Virus record (IMG/VR): IMGVR_UViG_3300024261_000014 | Span: 19,880 to 83,879 of that record | Source: a virus | DNA length: 64,000 nucleotides | Strand: one strand, 5' to 3' | Shown here: one piece after another, positions 10,596 to 20,012 of the stretch | How positions within the stretch are numbered: the first letter of the stretch is position 1 | How the letters are laid out: each line of letters opens with the position of its first letter | Program-made: the position numbers and the translations under genes | The notes under the pieces: model-generated | Seen by the model: only the letters and a program-made list of their open reading frames with translations | Database searches by the model: none | What the model was told of the DNA's origin: nothing

Positions 10596-10834
10596 AGATG
10601 GGTATCCATTATTATTGCACTATAAAGTTGATTTTGGGTTTCTTGTTTATGTATGGTTTTTGGGTGATACAAACTCAATTCCTCTTGTGGTGGTATATGA
10701 GCAAAGGTTTTACAGCCCGTAATCATTTCGTGTACTTTTCTTCTCCACCTAATATCTGGTGAATTTCTAAATACTCTTGATTGAAAATCGGGCGAATTAA
10801 TTATCGGAACTTTATATTTTACTTTGACTTTCAT
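10592..10834 (-). CDS. C-terminal fragment of a split GT2 glycosyltransferase
   Basis: INSPDFQSRVFRN..IRW..KVHE..LYHPK is the typical GT2 C-terminal part (PDxQxR, W..VHE). Confidence 0.75.
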   Translation of the reverse strand: MKVKVKYKVPIINSPDFQSRVFRNSPDIRWRRKVHEMITGCKTFAHIPPQEELSLYHPKTIHKQETQNQLYSAIIMDTHL

Positions 10835-11492
10835 CTATAACCTTTACATCTAATATTAATTTATCACTCTTTTTAAGATTTGTTTCCCAATCTATAAATC
10901 TTAGATTACTTATATCACCAATTCTTTCAGGCTCAATACCCCACTCAAATCCCAATCTCACAGGTATTATGTGGTCTAATTGATAAGCTCCACTTACACC
11001 ACATTTATCACGAGGCTTATCATAATTTTCTAATGTATGAATTGGTTGATTATTCGTAATACTTCTAACTTGTCGTTGATATTTTTTATACTCACTCAAT
11101 TCACTTAAATATTCTTCGTAACTTATATTTTTTTCTTTTAGTATGGATTGTATTCTAACTGAATCTTCTCCCGTTTTAGTAAAAACGCTATTTTTTCGCA
11201 ACCAATCTTTTTGATGCTCTGAAACTCCACCATTTCCATTTCTTCTTCGACTATCCCATATTTTATCATTCCACACCAGTTTCCGCCCCTTAAGCGCCTT
11301 ACCAATCTTTTCTTTATGTTCTTTTGTCAGCGTTTTTAATTTGCCACTACAACTTTTACAATTCAGTTTTTTATTCTCTGAATTATTTCTAGCATATTTA
11401 CTTTTATATGTAATTGTAACATTACACTTAGGACATTTCCTATTAAATAAATTCGGTATTTCTTTATTCCATCTCATATTAATAAGTATCAT
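10812..11492 (-). mobile_element. free-standing HNH homing endonuclease gene (Zn-ribbon, NUMOD3-like DNA-binding segment, HNH)
   Basis: CPKC..CKSC, TKEHKEKIGKALKG, YQLDHIIP..NLRFI....N; sits between the two halves of a GT2 gene; probable start near 11477. Confidence 0.85.
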
Positions 11493-11528
11493 TTGATTGT
11501 ATTTTTCACTAAGTAAAAGATAAAATAA

Positions 11529-12062
11529 CTAAATTTTCTTTTCATCAACAATTAAGTCCATTTTTTTCAAAAGTTTATATTCTTCACTTTCAGTATCCAT
11601 AACCTTTTCATTATAGATTTCATATGGTGCATTAACTCTCCATCCCCATTTCTGAATATGATGTTCTGTTATACCATCGACTGTATTCACTCTTGGTACA
11701 TATATTAAATCAACTCCATCATTCATTTCTATTATTTGTTTAAGTTGTTGTAATAATGTTTCGTGTGGATATTCATCGGCATCTATATGCATGATGTAGT
11801 CTCCACTACAATTTTCTATAACTGAATTTTTTTGTGAAGCAAAATCACCATCAAGTTTTCTATGATACACCTTGATAGTTTTCATATCTTCGTGTCCATA
11901 TTGTTGAACCCAACTCGTTATAACTTCTTGTACTTGTTCATCCTCACCATCAACGCAAATAACTATTTCATCTTCCACATCTGTTTTGTGGATAAGGATT
12001 TCTAATAAATTATTTAACTCTTCAGATTCATTGTGGACAGTAATACCATAACTAATTTTCAA
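11529..12062 (-). CDS. N-terminal fragment of a split GT2 glycosyltransferase
   Basis: ISYGITVHNE, DFASQKN, HIDADE, VPRVNTV; probable TTG start at 12062 overlapping the upstream stop. Confidence 0.8.
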   Translation of the reverse strand: MKISYGITVHNESEELNNLLEILIHKTDVEDEIVICVDGEDEQVQEVITSWVQQYGHEDMKTIKVYHRKLDGDFASQKNSVIENCSGDYIMHIDADEYPHETLLQQLKQIIEMNDGVDLIYVPRVNTVDGITEHHIQKWGWRVNAPYEIYNEKVMDTESEEYKLLKKMDLIVDEKKI

Positions 12063-12558
12063 ATCCAGCCTCAATTTGTTTTGTGAACTTTCGTTCCATT
12101 TCTTTACTAAATTCAACTAATGTATCTTTTGGTATTTTATTGTAATCCACTTCGAGATACACTCTTCGTTTTAAACATTCTCTTCTATCAAATGTTCTGT
12201 AATTTTTATAATTCTTAACTAATGCTTTTAATCTTCTGTACATTACTCGTGTTTGAGCTTTTGAAACTCTATCAGGTAAATCTGCTGCAATTGCTTCTTC
12301 TTCAAACTCTAACCCACCAAGTTTACCAAACAACTTCTCAACTTTACTTTCTGTTAATGGTCTTGTAATTGCAGTATCTAATACTAATCCCGCAACAAAT
12401 CTTTTAATTCGTTTAGTAGTTTTTTTTCTAAATCGTAAATCTGGATTTAGTAATAATATGGTTCTCTTGTATCCACGAGTCTCACCCTTTGATTTATACA
12501 TAAAGGTTACTATCTGACCTGGTTCAACTTTCGTCCATGCGGTATTCCGTACCGACAT
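12052..12558 (-). CDS. hypothetical basic protein
   Basis: Closely packed ORF; no recognisable motif. Confidence 0.6.
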   Translation of the reverse strand: MSVRNTAWTKVEPGQIVTFMYKSKGETRGYKRTILLLNPDLRFRKKTTKRIKRFVAGLVLDTAITRPLTESKVEKLFGKLGGLEFEEEAIAADLPDRVSKAQTRVMYRRLKALVKNYKNYRTFDRRECLKRRVYLEVDYNKIPKDTLVEFSKEMERKFTKQIEAGFEN

Positions 12559-12560
12559 TA

Positions 12561-13022
12561 TTAATCAAGGTCCTTGATTATACCCATCTCTTTACAAGCA
12601 TCTAAGAACTCGTGTTGACCATAGGTTTTAGCATTATCTACATCTAATATACTATCATGTCCTTTATACTTATCATCCTTTAGTTCTAAATCTGTTAACT
12701 TACGAACTTCTGCTAATTTATAATTCCAACTACTCTGAACTCCATCTGGATAAACAACTCCTAATTTCCCCATATTCAATACTGATGGAAACCACATGAG
12801 TTCTCGTTCTTCATCATAGAATGAAATATCATTCATTAATTGTGATGAACCTATTTGTGCTTTTTTCAAATCAGGAGAATCCCAAGTGTATGTTGAATTA
12901 CTTGTGAACCCACAATTAAAACACATAAATGAAGAAAACTTTTTCTCTTCAAGTACTTGTTCATCCTCAAAACATCGTTTATCATTAAAACAATTTGGAC
13001 AAGTTATTACTTTTTCAGCCAT
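12561..13022 (-). CDS. hypothetical Zn-ribbon protein
   Basis: CPNC ... CFNCGF. Confidence 0.65.
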   Translation of the reverse strand: MAEKVITCPNCFNDKRCFEDEQVLEEKKFSSFMCFNCGFTSNSTYTWDSPDLKKAQIGSSQLMNDISFYDEERELMWFPSVLNMGKLGVVYPDGVQSSWNYKLAEVRKLTDLELKDDKYKGHDSILDVDNAKTYGQHEFLDACKEMGIIKDLD

Positions 13023-13023
13023 T

Positions 13024-14352
13024 TTATACCTTCTTCAATTTGGGTAATTTTAACCCTTTGTTATCTTCTACTTTACTTAACTTCGGCAGTTTCAATTCTA
13101 CTTGCTGGGGAACTGATGCTATAATTGGGTCAAGGATAGCTTCAAGTTTATTCTTCATTGCTTCATAAGAAAATTGTAACTTAGTGTATGCTTGTAATTG
13201 TTTACCCTTTACCACGTACTTACTATAATTATTGTGAATCTCAGTAAAAATACTCGATGCAACATTATAATTGACAGTAATCCACTTATTTTCTGGTGAA
13301 TCAAACGCCATATCCTTTGGAAACGCATCCATAGGAACTTTTGTTAATGAACCAGGTAATAACTGAGCATAATTCTTATGTAAAAAATCTACATGACCAC
13401 TCCATCCTGGAGCAACAATTGGTTTACCACTCTGTGCAGCTTCTAATAATGGTCTACCGAAACCCTCTCCGTGAGTAAATGTAACGTGGGCCTTTACTTT
13501 TGGATGATTATATAATTCATTCATCTCACTATCCGTAAAATCTCCATGTATCAAATATATATTCGGAAGTTTACTACCAACCACCCCTTCTTTAATATAA
13601 GTAATTTTATTTAAAATATCTTCCCTATCTAATATAGAAAAATCTGCACCACTGGTTTTCAATAATAATGCTGGCTGATTTCTTGTATTTTTGAAAGTTT
13701 CCAAGAATACTTTAATTAACATACCAACATCTTTTCTATCTTTCCCGATACTTCCACCTAACCAATGACCCGTAAACAAATAACAAAAATCCTCTTTAAT
13801 TGGTTTGAATGCACGTTTAGTAGTTTTACCAAATGTTTTTGTTTCTTTATAAACATTAGTATCTACACCCTCAAATAAAACACTCATTGGTTTATTCACT
13901 TTTAATTCTTGATTCTTGTTTGGGTTTTGTTTATCTTCAATATTAAATGCTGCTTGTTCAAAAACTGCTTTTGAAAACTCTGATGTAAATATAGTTTCAT
14001 CCATACGATTTACACCCTCTACCCATCGTGGTATAGGTATTGTAGATTCAATTCCAGCAGTCATACCAACATTCTTCCTACCGATTGGGTTGAACTCTCC
14101 AGGAATAACTATATGTAAATGTACATCGGGTTGTTTTTGTAAGTCGGGCCCGGTCATTAAATGTGATTTAATTTTATCGTGTTGTGAGTTATTTTCTTCC
14201 AATGCGGTCATTGGTGTATTACCCCACCGAACTGAATTTATTTTCACATCGTATTTATCTAATTCAATCAATGCACTACAAATATCCCTTGAGTGATTTC
14301 CGTATCCACTACGAGTTTTGACTGGTGCCGTTACTAATATCATTGGTTTCAT
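13024..14352 (-). CDS. GT4-like (GT-B) glycosyltransferase
   Basis: TRSGYG, DRKDVG, THGEGFGRPLLEA, SGHVDF. Confidence 0.9.
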   Translation of the reverse strand: MKPMILVTAPVKTRSGYGNHSRDICSALIELDKYDVKINSVRWGNTPMTALEENNSQHDKIKSHLMTGPDLQKQPDVHLHIVIPGEFNPIGRKNVGMTAGIESTIPIPRWVEGVNRMDETIFTSEFSKAVFEQAAFNIEDKQNPNKNQELKVNKPMSVLFEGVDTNVYKETKTFGKTTKRAFKPIKEDFCYLFTGHWLGGSIGKDRKDVGMLIKVFLETFKNTRNQPALLLKTSGADFSILDREDILNKITYIKEGVVGSKLPNIYLIHGDFTDSEMNELYNHPKVKAHVTFTHGEGFGRPLLEAAQSGKPIVAPGWSGHVDFLHKNYAQLLPGSLTKVPMDAFPKDMAFDSPENKWITVNYNVASSIFTEIHNNYSKYVVKGKQLQAYTKLQFSYEAMKNKLEAILDPIIASVPQQVELKLPKLSKVEDNKGLKLPKLKKV

Positions 14353-14355
14353 ATT

Positions 14356-15792
14356 CTACGCCTTATATGTGTTAACTTTATGTCTTGGTGTCCATTTCTC
14401 AAATGCAGTTTCCATATGGTCTATGAAATTCTTACACATCCATCGTGCACTCATCATAGATTCATCACTACACACCCATTCGTGTCCAATAAACCCACAC
14501 TCTTCTCTTGCTTCCTTACCCATTTCATACCATTCTTTTATGGCATTTCCAGCATCCTCCCAATCACATCTATCATCAAAGATATATGGTGTTGGTACTG
14601 AACCCATTAGTGAACGAGTCTTAGGCCAGACTGGTTTACACCACTCACCCCAAGTTAATTCTGAGTTATGTTCCCACTTCTTCCAATCGTGTAATGATAG
14701 TAATTCCTTATAATCATCTGAAGTTAAGAACTTATCATTAATTTTAAATCCTACTTGGTCTTGTAATCCACCCGTAACATTAACAATAATTGGTGTTCCA
14801 CTCATTAATGATTCACAAGTTCCCAATCCGAATCCTTCATTGGATGCAATATTCATTGTTACATCGGCAATATTATATAGGAAATTCATTTGTTTATTAT
14901 CAAGTTTCTTATCACTAAACACTACATTTATTTCTGGTGCAATTGCATTAATTAATGCTGGTAAATCAGTTCCATTCCCATCAACTGGTTGAGTATGCAT
15001 TACATAGGTAACTTTATCTCTCTCTTCGGGTGGGATTGAATTAACAAAATGTTGAAATGCAAGAATACAATCACCCATCATTTTCCTACGAATATTTCTA
15101 TTCACATATAACAATGTGAAGTTATGGGGCCTATTACCCAATAACTCATTCTTAAATTTCCTCATTTCCAATAACTCAGCATCATCTTTAATTGGATAGA
15201 ATTGTGTTTCGTTAATTCCGTGTGGTAAGTATGTAGAATCCCAATCTGTTCTTGGTTTTGTTTTTGCAACTTCATTAACTAATCCAACAGTCTGTTTGGA
15301 AATATTCATAATCAAATCACAACTCTCATAAAAGAACTCATTATAATGTGGTGCAGGTAAATCATCCCAAATATTATAATAAAATATAGGAATGTTCTGT
15401 CTTAATTCGTGTTCCATGTGGTATAACCACCCCCAAAATCTTGGGTCTGTGTAGTGTAGAATAGCATCAGGTTTCTCAAGTTCCATAATCTCTTTTAAAA
15501 TATCTGGATTACCATAACCATCAATTGGATAAACTTTTAAATATCCATCTTTCACACCAGTCTCTTCCAACACGGCATCGTGCATATCAACCACTTTACC
15601 TTTATCTGGATGTTCTATTGCTCCACCAATCTGAACCCAATCGTATTTATCGATTGTACCCAATACAAATTCTCTTGACATCGTACCAACCCCACTTGAC
15701 ATACGAAGGTCATCTGATAAAAGTAGTATCTTTTTCTTCTTACGAGCTTGTACTTCTTTTACTGACTTTAATTTTGGTAATTTAATATCCAT
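14356..15792 (-). CDS. GT4-like (GT-B) glycosyltransferase
   Basis: PHGIN, NRNIRRK, SNEGFGLGTCESL, TGGLQDQ. Confidence 0.9.
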   Translation of the reverse strand: MDIKLPKLKSVKEVQARKKKKILLLSDDLRMSSGVGTMSREFVLGTIDKYDWVQIGGAIEHPDKGKVVDMHDAVLEETGVKDGYLKVYPIDGYGNPDILKEIMELEKPDAILHYTDPRFWGWLYHMEHELRQNIPIFYYNIWDDLPAPHYNEFFYESCDLIMNISKQTVGLVNEVAKTKPRTDWDSTYLPHGINETQFYPIKDDAELLEMRKFKNELLGNRPHNFTLLYVNRNIRRKMMGDCILAFQHFVNSIPPEERDKVTYVMHTQPVDGNGTDLPALINAIAPEINVVFSDKKLDNKQMNFLYNIADVTMNIASNEGFGLGTCESLMSGTPIIVNVTGGLQDQVGFKINDKFLTSDDYKELLSLHDWKKWEHNSELTWGEWCKPVWPKTRSLMGSVPTPYIFDDRCDWEDAGNAIKEWYEMGKEAREECGFIGHEWVCSDESMMSARWMCKNFIDHMETAFEKWTPRHKVNTYKA

Positions 15793-15813
15793 TTATAACC
15801 CTTATTATTTAAA

Positions 15814-16008
15814 TTAAAATTTACTTCCACTTTGAAATAATTTGTCATGCTCGAGAATTTCCTTCCGGAACTCATCATCATAAACGAATTTATTAAGTGT
15901 ACGATTTACCAACTTCTGTAGTGAAAACTCTGATTCTATTGTCTCACTTTTAAATTTACTATACAACTCCGATATTACTTTCACCGAAGTTAATTTTATC
16001 TCTTTCAT
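15814..16008 (-). CDS. small protein, possibly ribbon-helix-helix DNA-binding
   Basis: LTSVKV beta strand followed by two helices (LYSKFK, SLQKLVNRTL); GAGG RBS. Confidence 0.55.
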   Translation of the reverse strand: MKEIKLTSVKVISELYSKFKSETIESEFSLQKLVNRTLNKFVYDDEFRKEILEHDKLFQSGSKF

Positions 16009-16058
16009 ATTATATCCTCTATTATATACGTATATATTGTATATATATAAATATACAA

Positions 16059-16499
16059 CTAATCAATAATAATGTACTTTTTTTCTATTTTATGTGCATA
16101 TTTTAAGGCAGATGCAGTACCATTTGATATCTCACCATTTAGACAAAACGCAACAACTTTATCACTATACTCTACCAAATCTTTATTTCGTCTATGGTAG
16201 TGTCCAACATTATATTGTTTATTATATCTAAAACTCTCTTTAACACAATGTATATTATGTGGTTCGTGGTATGCTGGGAACTCGGAATAATTTACATCAA
16301 AATCTAAAGCAAATCGTTTTGCATATTTATCTGCTCCATCTTTTGCTCCACCACTAACTATAACCAATCTATCAGAGAACTTTTGTTTTAGTTCCCAAAC
16401 AAATTGTTTTATCTTTCGTTTATTTGTGTAACTACGCGACCCGATGATTGCTATCTTTACCATCGTTTCTTTTTTGTTGTTTTTTATTTGGTTTTTCAT
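16059..16499 (-). CDS. SLOG/YspA-like (DUF2493-type) protein
   Basis: IAIIGSR, IVSGGAKDGAD, RNKDLV, SNGT; probable start MVKIAIIG. Confidence 0.75.
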   Translation of the reverse strand: MKNQIKNNKKETMVKIAIIGSRSYTNKRKIKQFVWELKQKFSDRLVIVSGGAKDGADKYAKRFALDFDVNYSEFPAYHEPHNIHCVKESFRYNKQYNVGHYHRRNKDLVEYSDKVVAFCLNGEISNGTASALKYAHKIEKKYIIID

Positions 16500-16905
16500 C
16501 TATAACGAACTTATAAATATTAATAAATTCTTGTAATCCTTCTAATATATCATTAGGGTTAACATATCTCCACGAAAATCTCGTGTACATATTTGTAATC
16601 CCATGGGCATTTGGTGTTAGTGATTCTCTCATCTTATAAGACATTAAGTCGTACCATATAAAATCATTTTGTGTATCAAAATAATAGGGTCTAATTATTG
16701 TCTTAAAATTTGTATGTCCTTTACTTTCCCAAGTATTAACGAAATCTTTTAATTCTTTTGGTTTTAAATCAGGTTCGTGATACCAAAAATATAATTTTGC
16801 ACTACGAACTTTATTGGATATTTCAGTTAACATATCTAAAATTTCTTCTGTATTATCACTATGGATAACATCAGGTAAGTACAATCTTATATTTGGATTA
16901 CTCAT
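16432..16905 (-). CDS. hypothetical protein
   Basis: Overlapping operon ORF. Confidence 0.6.
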   Translation of the reverse strand: MSNPNIRLYLPDVIHSDNTEEILDMLTEISNKVRSAKLYFWYHEPDLKPKELKDFVNTWESKGHTNFKTIIRPYYFDTQNDFIWYDLMSYKMRESLTPNAHGITNMYTRFSWRYVNPNDILEGLQEFINIYKFVIDEKPNKKQQKRNDGKDSNHRVA

Positions 16906-17765
16906 ATCATTTTCCTATCACATATATCTGGTTTGTTTTTAAACTCACACCATTTACAATTCTTTGCTGAAGCTATCTTAGTATATTCTTTCTGAATATG
17001 TTTACCTTCTTCATCAAACCCATCTTCAATAAATTCTGATAACCTCTTCATAACTCTATTGATACTTGGCGTTCCACTTGCAGGTGAAAATTGCTGTATT
17101 CTCTTTTGTGGATATTGTAAGTTCTCGTACAATTTTCTCTTCAATATTAAATATTCAACATCTATTTTATCGATAGAAATATCTCGTTGTTTAGCAAAAA
17201 ATTGTTTATACAATAGTAACTGATTTGTTTTATTCTTATCTGCTTTTTGCCATTTGTTCCAACCCATTGTAGAAGTTTTAATATCAATAATTCGTACCCT
17301 ACCCCTTTTCTTGTCGTGAATAACCACATCCATATAACCAATAAACTTCATCTTATTTGGTAAATCAAAATCTAAATTTAATTCTATACCAAGTAGTTCG
17401 TGGTCTTTTTTAGGAAAATATCTACTTTTTAATTTAAGAAATTCGTTAACTATTTTTAACCCATCCTCATAAAACTCTTTCATCTCTTCAAGTGTTATAA
17501 CTAAAACTTTAGATTCTTTGGCATACTTTTTATAGTTCTCTTCCATCCTATATAATAAGATTTCTTTCATTGGAAGTGCATCAGCTTTTTTTATGGTCTT
17601 ATCATAATAACAAACTAAATATGCTTGAATTGTTTCGTGAACTGCAGTTCCAAAGACCGTATAGATATTACCTTCAAATGTGCCAAGTTTATCTACATAA
17701 TTAAGTTTCCACATATTAGGGCATTTATCCCATTGTGAAAGTTGACTATAACTAATCCTCCCCAT
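16902..17765 (-). CDS. PD-(D/E)XK nuclease (RecB/Cas4-like)
   Basis: ISYSQL..CP, GTAVHE, E..GYMD..IIDIKT, QLLLY, C-terminal CxxC..C. Confidence 0.85.
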   Translation of the reverse strand: MGRISYSQLSQWDKCPNMWKLNYVDKLGTFEGNIYTVFGTAVHETIQAYLVCYYDKTIKKADALPMKEILLYRMEENYKKYAKESKVLVITLEEMKEFYEDGLKIVNEFLKLKSRYFPKKDHELLGIELNLDFDLPNKMKFIGYMDVVIHDKKRGRVRIIDIKTSTMGWNKWQKADKNKTNQLLLYKQFFAKQRDISIDKIDVEYLILKRKLYENLQYPQKRIQQFSPASGTPSINRVMKRLSEFIEDGFDEEGKHIQKEYTKIASAKNCKWCEFKNKPDICDRKMI

Positions 17766-17896
17766 TAATCCATCCACCTACCATGTTTATATAAATGCCA
17801 TAACCTATGTTTAAATATTTCCCACGTTAATCCAATAAATGTATTAGCTGTGTATTCACCTTCTGGCACTTTATAAAAAAATGCTTTCTTTTTCAT
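17765..17896 (-). CDS. small protein (43 aa), absent from the ORF track
   Basis: MKKKAFFYKVPEGEYTANTFIGLTWEIFKHRLWHLYKHGRWMD*; TAATG-coupled to both neighbours. Confidence 0.6.
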   Translation of the reverse strand: MKKKAFFYKVPEGEYTANTFIGLTWEIFKHRLWHLYKHGRWMD

Positions 17897-18303
17897 TATT
17901 TTCCCCACTTACCATTCTTAACTATTGTTGCCATTATACCATAGTTGGACATATCCAAAAAGGCATCTTCTAATGGTTCACCCTCTACGGCATTAACTCT
18001 TCCACCAATCAACAAGGTCTTTACTCTTTGGATTTTGTCATTAATTCTGAAGAACAATCCTGTAAGAGATAGTTTTATATCTTCTTCTGTTTGTAATTGT
18101 GTTCCGACACTTATGTTGCCTGGGCCGTAATCGTGTTGCTTGTGACAGAACAATATGTATTGTTCTCTTTGTAATCTTTTAAATTCTTCAGTCATCTGTG
18201 GCCATTCTTGTTCCATTAGTGTTACAATGTCGCCGTGGTTGCCTGTTAAATAAGAATTTACTTCTTTTTTTGTACTTGATTCTTTTATGTATGTTTCACT
18301 CAT
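17896..18303 (-). CDS. DUF1599 / nucleotide-modification-associated domain 1 protein
   Basis: KQHDYGPGN, RINDKIQR, EPLEDAFLDMSNYGIM. Confidence 0.75.
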   Translation of the reverse strand: MSETYIKESSTKKEVNSYLTGNHGDIVTLMEQEWPQMTEEFKRLQREQYILFCHKQHDYGPGNISVGTQLQTEEDIKLSLTGLFFRINDKIQRVKTLLIGGRVNAVEGEPLEDAFLDMSNYGIMATIVKNGKWGK

Positions 18304-18326
18304 ATTTTACTCCGATTTCATACTTG

Positions 18327-18356
18327 AATATACGACATTTTTGCCATACAAGTCAA
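18327..18356 (-). promoter_or_regulatory. sigma70-like promoter TTGACT-N18-TATATT
   Basis: Same architecture recurs at 33034, 57848 and 58117. Confidence 0.7.
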
Positions 18357-18364
18357 GTACTTTT

Positions 18365-18943
18365 TTAAATAATTTTATCGATGATACCATACTCTAAACA
18401 TTGTTTGGCATCTAAGTATGTATCGTTTCTATTCATTCTCTTCCAAAACTTTACATCCTTGTTAGTTACTTCCGCGAGTAACTGATTAATATCTTTTGCT
18501 AATACTTTTAAATGGTCAACACCTCTCATAACATCAGTAGATTTACCAACCTCTACTGCAGAACCCTCATGTACCATCACAGTCGAGTGGTTTGTCATTG
18601 TTCGAGTTCCTGTACCACAAGCTAATAATACTGCTGCAGCACTCATACAAGTTCCAACACAATGTGTATTAACCTTAACATCCATGTTTTGAATATAATC
18701 AACCAACCCCAACATAGCATAAACATCTCCACCATAAGAAGCGATATTAAGATTTATCGCATCTAAGTGTGGATTTACCCTCTGTAGGTAATCCAATTTA
18801 ACTATTGTACTATATAAACTATCAATGTCAAATTCAAAATTCATGTATGTAGTGTTCGTATATGAATTTACACCCCACTCCATCTCTGACATTGCGAATT
18901 GTTCTTCTTTTTTATAACCTTGTTCTGCCATTACTTGCTCCAT
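18365..18943 (-). CDS. clpP: ClpP-like protease subunit
   Basis: IASYGGDV, CMSAAA (Ser), MVHE (His), RNDTYL (Asp), YGIIDKI. Confidence 0.88.
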   Translation of the reverse strand: MEQVMAEQGYKKEEQFAMSEMEWGVNSYTNTTYMNFEFDIDSLYSTIVKLDYLQRVNPHLDAINLNIASYGGDVYAMLGLVDYIQNMDVKVNTHCVGTCMSAAAVLLACGTGTRTMTNHSTVMVHEGSAVEVGKSTDVMRGVDHLKVLAKDINQLLAEVTNKDVKFWKRMNRNDTYLDAKQCLEYGIIDKII

Positions 18944-19365
18944 ATGTTTTTAAGTTCTTTGTCTGATACACCATATTTCATTATGATTGATGTAACCTGT
19001 TCTTTTGTTAATATTTCCAAATGTTGTTCAACCTCTCGTGTACTACATTCAAAGTAATCCACTAAATGTTCCATAGCCCATTTTTCAACTTTTGATTTCT
19101 TCTTTGATTTTGTATATCTAAGAAATGTTCTACCTCTTGGTATTATGTCAACATAAAACTGATACAAATTCTTTGGTTTTAATTCCCAATACTTTTGTAT
19201 TTCATTTACAACCTCTAACCATTCAGATTTCATACTAAGAAATCTATGTACCATATAGTTACTCCAAGTTTTTTTATCAGCATCTGATAAGGAGTCCCAA
19301 TACATAGTATTTTGAACATTAGTAATTTGTTTTATGTGGTCGAATAACGATTTTGTTTTTGCCAT
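18931..19365 (-). CDS. clamp loader small subunit (T4 gp62-like)
   Basis: LFDHIKQI, YMVHRFLSM, LVDYFECS.REV pattern. Confidence 0.6.
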   Translation of the reverse strand: MAKTKSLFDHIKQITNVQNTMYWDSLSDADKKTWSNYMVHRFLSMKSEWLEVVNEIQKYWELKPKNLYQFYVDIIPRGRTFLRYTKSKKKSKVEKWAMEHLVDYFECSTREVEQHLEILTKEQVTSIIMKYGVSDKELKNIWSK

Positions 19366-19415
19366 AATAACCTTTTGATATATATAAATAGAGAATATAA
19401 TCTCTAAAATTTAAT

Positions 19416-20012
19416 TTATTTAAAAGTGTTTCCTGCAACCCAACAAACACTTGTGTACCTTACACCTTTAGTGACTGGTGTAACTTGGTGTCCTGCAAAT
19501 GATGGAAATATAATCAATCTACCTGGTTCTGGTTCAATTATAGTATCATCAAATAATATAAAATCTCCACCCTCATATTCATTATTTAAAAATAATACTG
19601 CAGTCATTTTAACTATACTAAAATCATCTGATGGATGAAAATCTGCGTGTGGTGTGTACCAATCTCCAACTTCATATTTATGACCAGTATATTCATTTCT
19701 ATGAATCCCACCGATATCAAATTTATAATAAAGTTGATTTGCTAGTTTAAATGCGTTCCAATATTTTGTTAATATTTCCTCATCCGTATAGAGTGCAACA
19801 TTTAAGTTACAAACTGCAGGGTCTTTTTTATACTTAGGATTAGAATCTGCACCATAGTAAACATCCTTTTGTTTCTTCACACAATCTTTATCAATTCGCG
19901 TTATAAACTCATCACACTCTTCTTGAGTAATAAAGTTTTTTCTATCCACCCACCATCTAAAATTTGGATTAGGTGTAAAGTTCTGTTCTATTGGTTTATA
20001 CAAAGGTATCAC
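19416..20012 (-). CDS. 2OG-Fe(II) oxygenase (prolyl-4-hydroxylase-like)
   Basis: HAD ... YEGG ... GHQVTPV..G.R. Confidence 0.9.
   Translation of the reverse strand: MIPLYKPIEQNFTPNPNFRWWVDRKNFITQEECDEFITRIDKDCVKKQKDVYYGADSNPKYKKDPAVCNLNVALYTDEEILTKYWNAFKLANQLYYKFDIGGIHRNEYTGHKYEVGDWYTPHADFHPSDDFSIVKMTAVLFLNNEYEGGDFILFDDTIIEPEPGRLIIFPSFAGHQVTPVTKGVRYTSVCWVAGNTFK

Noticed and set aside
10834-11529. Group I intron around the HNH gene
   Set aside because: There is almost no non-coding sequence to hold a catalytic core, and no conserved P7-type elements were seen
10795-11640. Split intein in the fractured glycosyltransferase (C-half has ...IIN|SPD)
   Set aside because: INSPDFQ fits the native GT motif, and the extensions are far too short and lack Hint blocks
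16902-17765. CRISPR-Cas locus suggested by a Cas4-like nuclease
   Set aside because: No repeat-spacer array or other cas genes were seen; stand-alone Cas4-like nucleases are common in phages
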